A stretch of 64,000 bases of DNA from contig NIVC01001526.1 in the NCBI GenBank assembly GCA_002269645.1, positions 209,594 to 273,593 of the forward strand. The letters are read 5' to 3'. This DNA is from Macrostomum lignano (taxonomy: Eukaryota). The position numbers were made by a program, and so were the translations under genes. Positions 63,177 through 64,000 of this stretch are shown in pieces. The notes beneath the pieces are model-generated. The model was given only the letters and a program-made list of their open reading frames with translations, was not told the origin of the DNA and made no database searches. Numbering within the stretch: the first letter of the stretch is position 1; the number at the start of each line of letters is the position of its first letter.

Positions 63177-63943
63177 GGGCCCATCACAAGCTCGAAAAAT
63201 CACATCGTCGAAAAGCATCCACCATCACAAGCTCGAAAAGTCATAAGCTCGAAAAATCATATTGTCGAAAAGTTTAGCAACCACCATCACAAGCTCGAAA
63301 AATCATAAGCTCGAAAAATCACATCGTCGAAAAGTTTAGCAACCACCATCACAAGCTCGAAAAGTCATAAGCTCGAAAAATCATATCGTCGAAAAGTCCA
63401 GCAACCACCATCATTAGCTCGAAAATTCACAAGCTCGAAAAGTCACATCGTCGAAAAGGTTAGCAACCACCATCACAAGCTTGAATAGGGTTAGGGTTAG
63501 AGCTTGTGCCTTAGGGTTAGGGCTTAGGTTAGGGTCGGGGTTAGAACTAGTGCCTTTAAGTTAGGGTTTAGGGTTAGGTTAGGGTTATGGTTCAGGGTTA
63601 GGCTAGGGTACTGGTGCCTTAGGGTTAGGGTTAGTGCCTTGGGGTTAGGGTTAGAGCTTGTGCCTTTTCAAGCTTGTGATGGTGTTTGCTAAACTTTTCG
63701 ACGATGTGATTTTTCGAGCTTATGACTTTTCGAGCTTGTGATGGTGGCTGCTAAATCAGTTTTCGACGATGTGATTTTTCGAGCTTATGACTTTTCGAGC
63801 TTGTGATGGTGGTTGCTAAACTTCTCGACGTTATGATTTTCGAGCTTATGACTTTTTCGAGATTGTGATGGTGGTTGCTAAATCAGTTTTCGACGATAAT
63901 GATTTTTCGAGCTTGTGATTTTTCGAGCTTATGATGGCGACCC
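63177..63943. mobile_element. Mutator-like foldback MITE: tandem-repeat TIRs (CCATCACAAGCTCGAAAA...) around a degenerate TTAGGG core; 9-bp TSD CACTACATG
   Basis: The left array 63177-63483 is the inverse of the right array 63668-63943. Termini are GGG...CCC. CACTACATG lies at 63168-63176 and 63944-63952. (GGGTTA)-rich core at 63487-63655. Confidence 0.78.
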
Positions 63944-64000
63944 CACTACATGTGTATTATATATATATGCATGCAAGCTTTCGGACTGCTCCAAGTGTAT

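Noticed and set aside
63487-63655. True telomere or chromosome end
   Set aside because: It is short and degenerate, enclosed by inverted arms and a TSD, and unique sequence continues beyond it.

Overview
Eukaryotic (metazoan) genomic DNA with spliced genes whose introns are filled with private mini- and microsatellites. The style (repeat-packed introns, Ala/Gln-rich proteins) suggests a flatworm such as Macrostomum, but this is inference only. Genes reconstructed by hand from GT-AG junctions: exon 1 of a PQ-loop protein (SLC66A3/PQLC3-like, -), GRAMD4-like (+, 11 exons), PPM1D/Wip1 phosphatase (-, 3 exons), dystrobrevin (+), an orphan ~300-aa gene (+), a two-exon precursor of a putative amidated neuropeptide (-), an orphan 2-TM protein (-), and a multicopy neuropeptide precursor (GYNYLRDAMLS-type units separated by KR, +). 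The most striking non-genic structure is a 9.2-kb, almost entirely palindromic element (1287-10488). It has 4.7/4.45-kb inverted arms, a 48-bp spacer, a 6-bp direct repeat ATGCAA at both ends, modular internal repeats and no detectable coding capacity, and it sits between two divergently transcribed genes. Also present: an internally deleted Crypton-type tyrosine-recombinase element and related CATAGAC-ended MITEs, a decayed RNase H-bearing non-LTR fragment, a full-length tRNA-derived SINE with a 13-bp TSD, a tandem array of tRNA B-box motifs, and a Mutator-like foldback MITE with a telomere-repeat core and 9-bp TSD. Most long ORFs in the supplied track are artefacts of tandem repeats. No rRNA, canonical tRNA or CRISPR array was seen. 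Coordinates were counted by hand and repeat boundaries are approximate.
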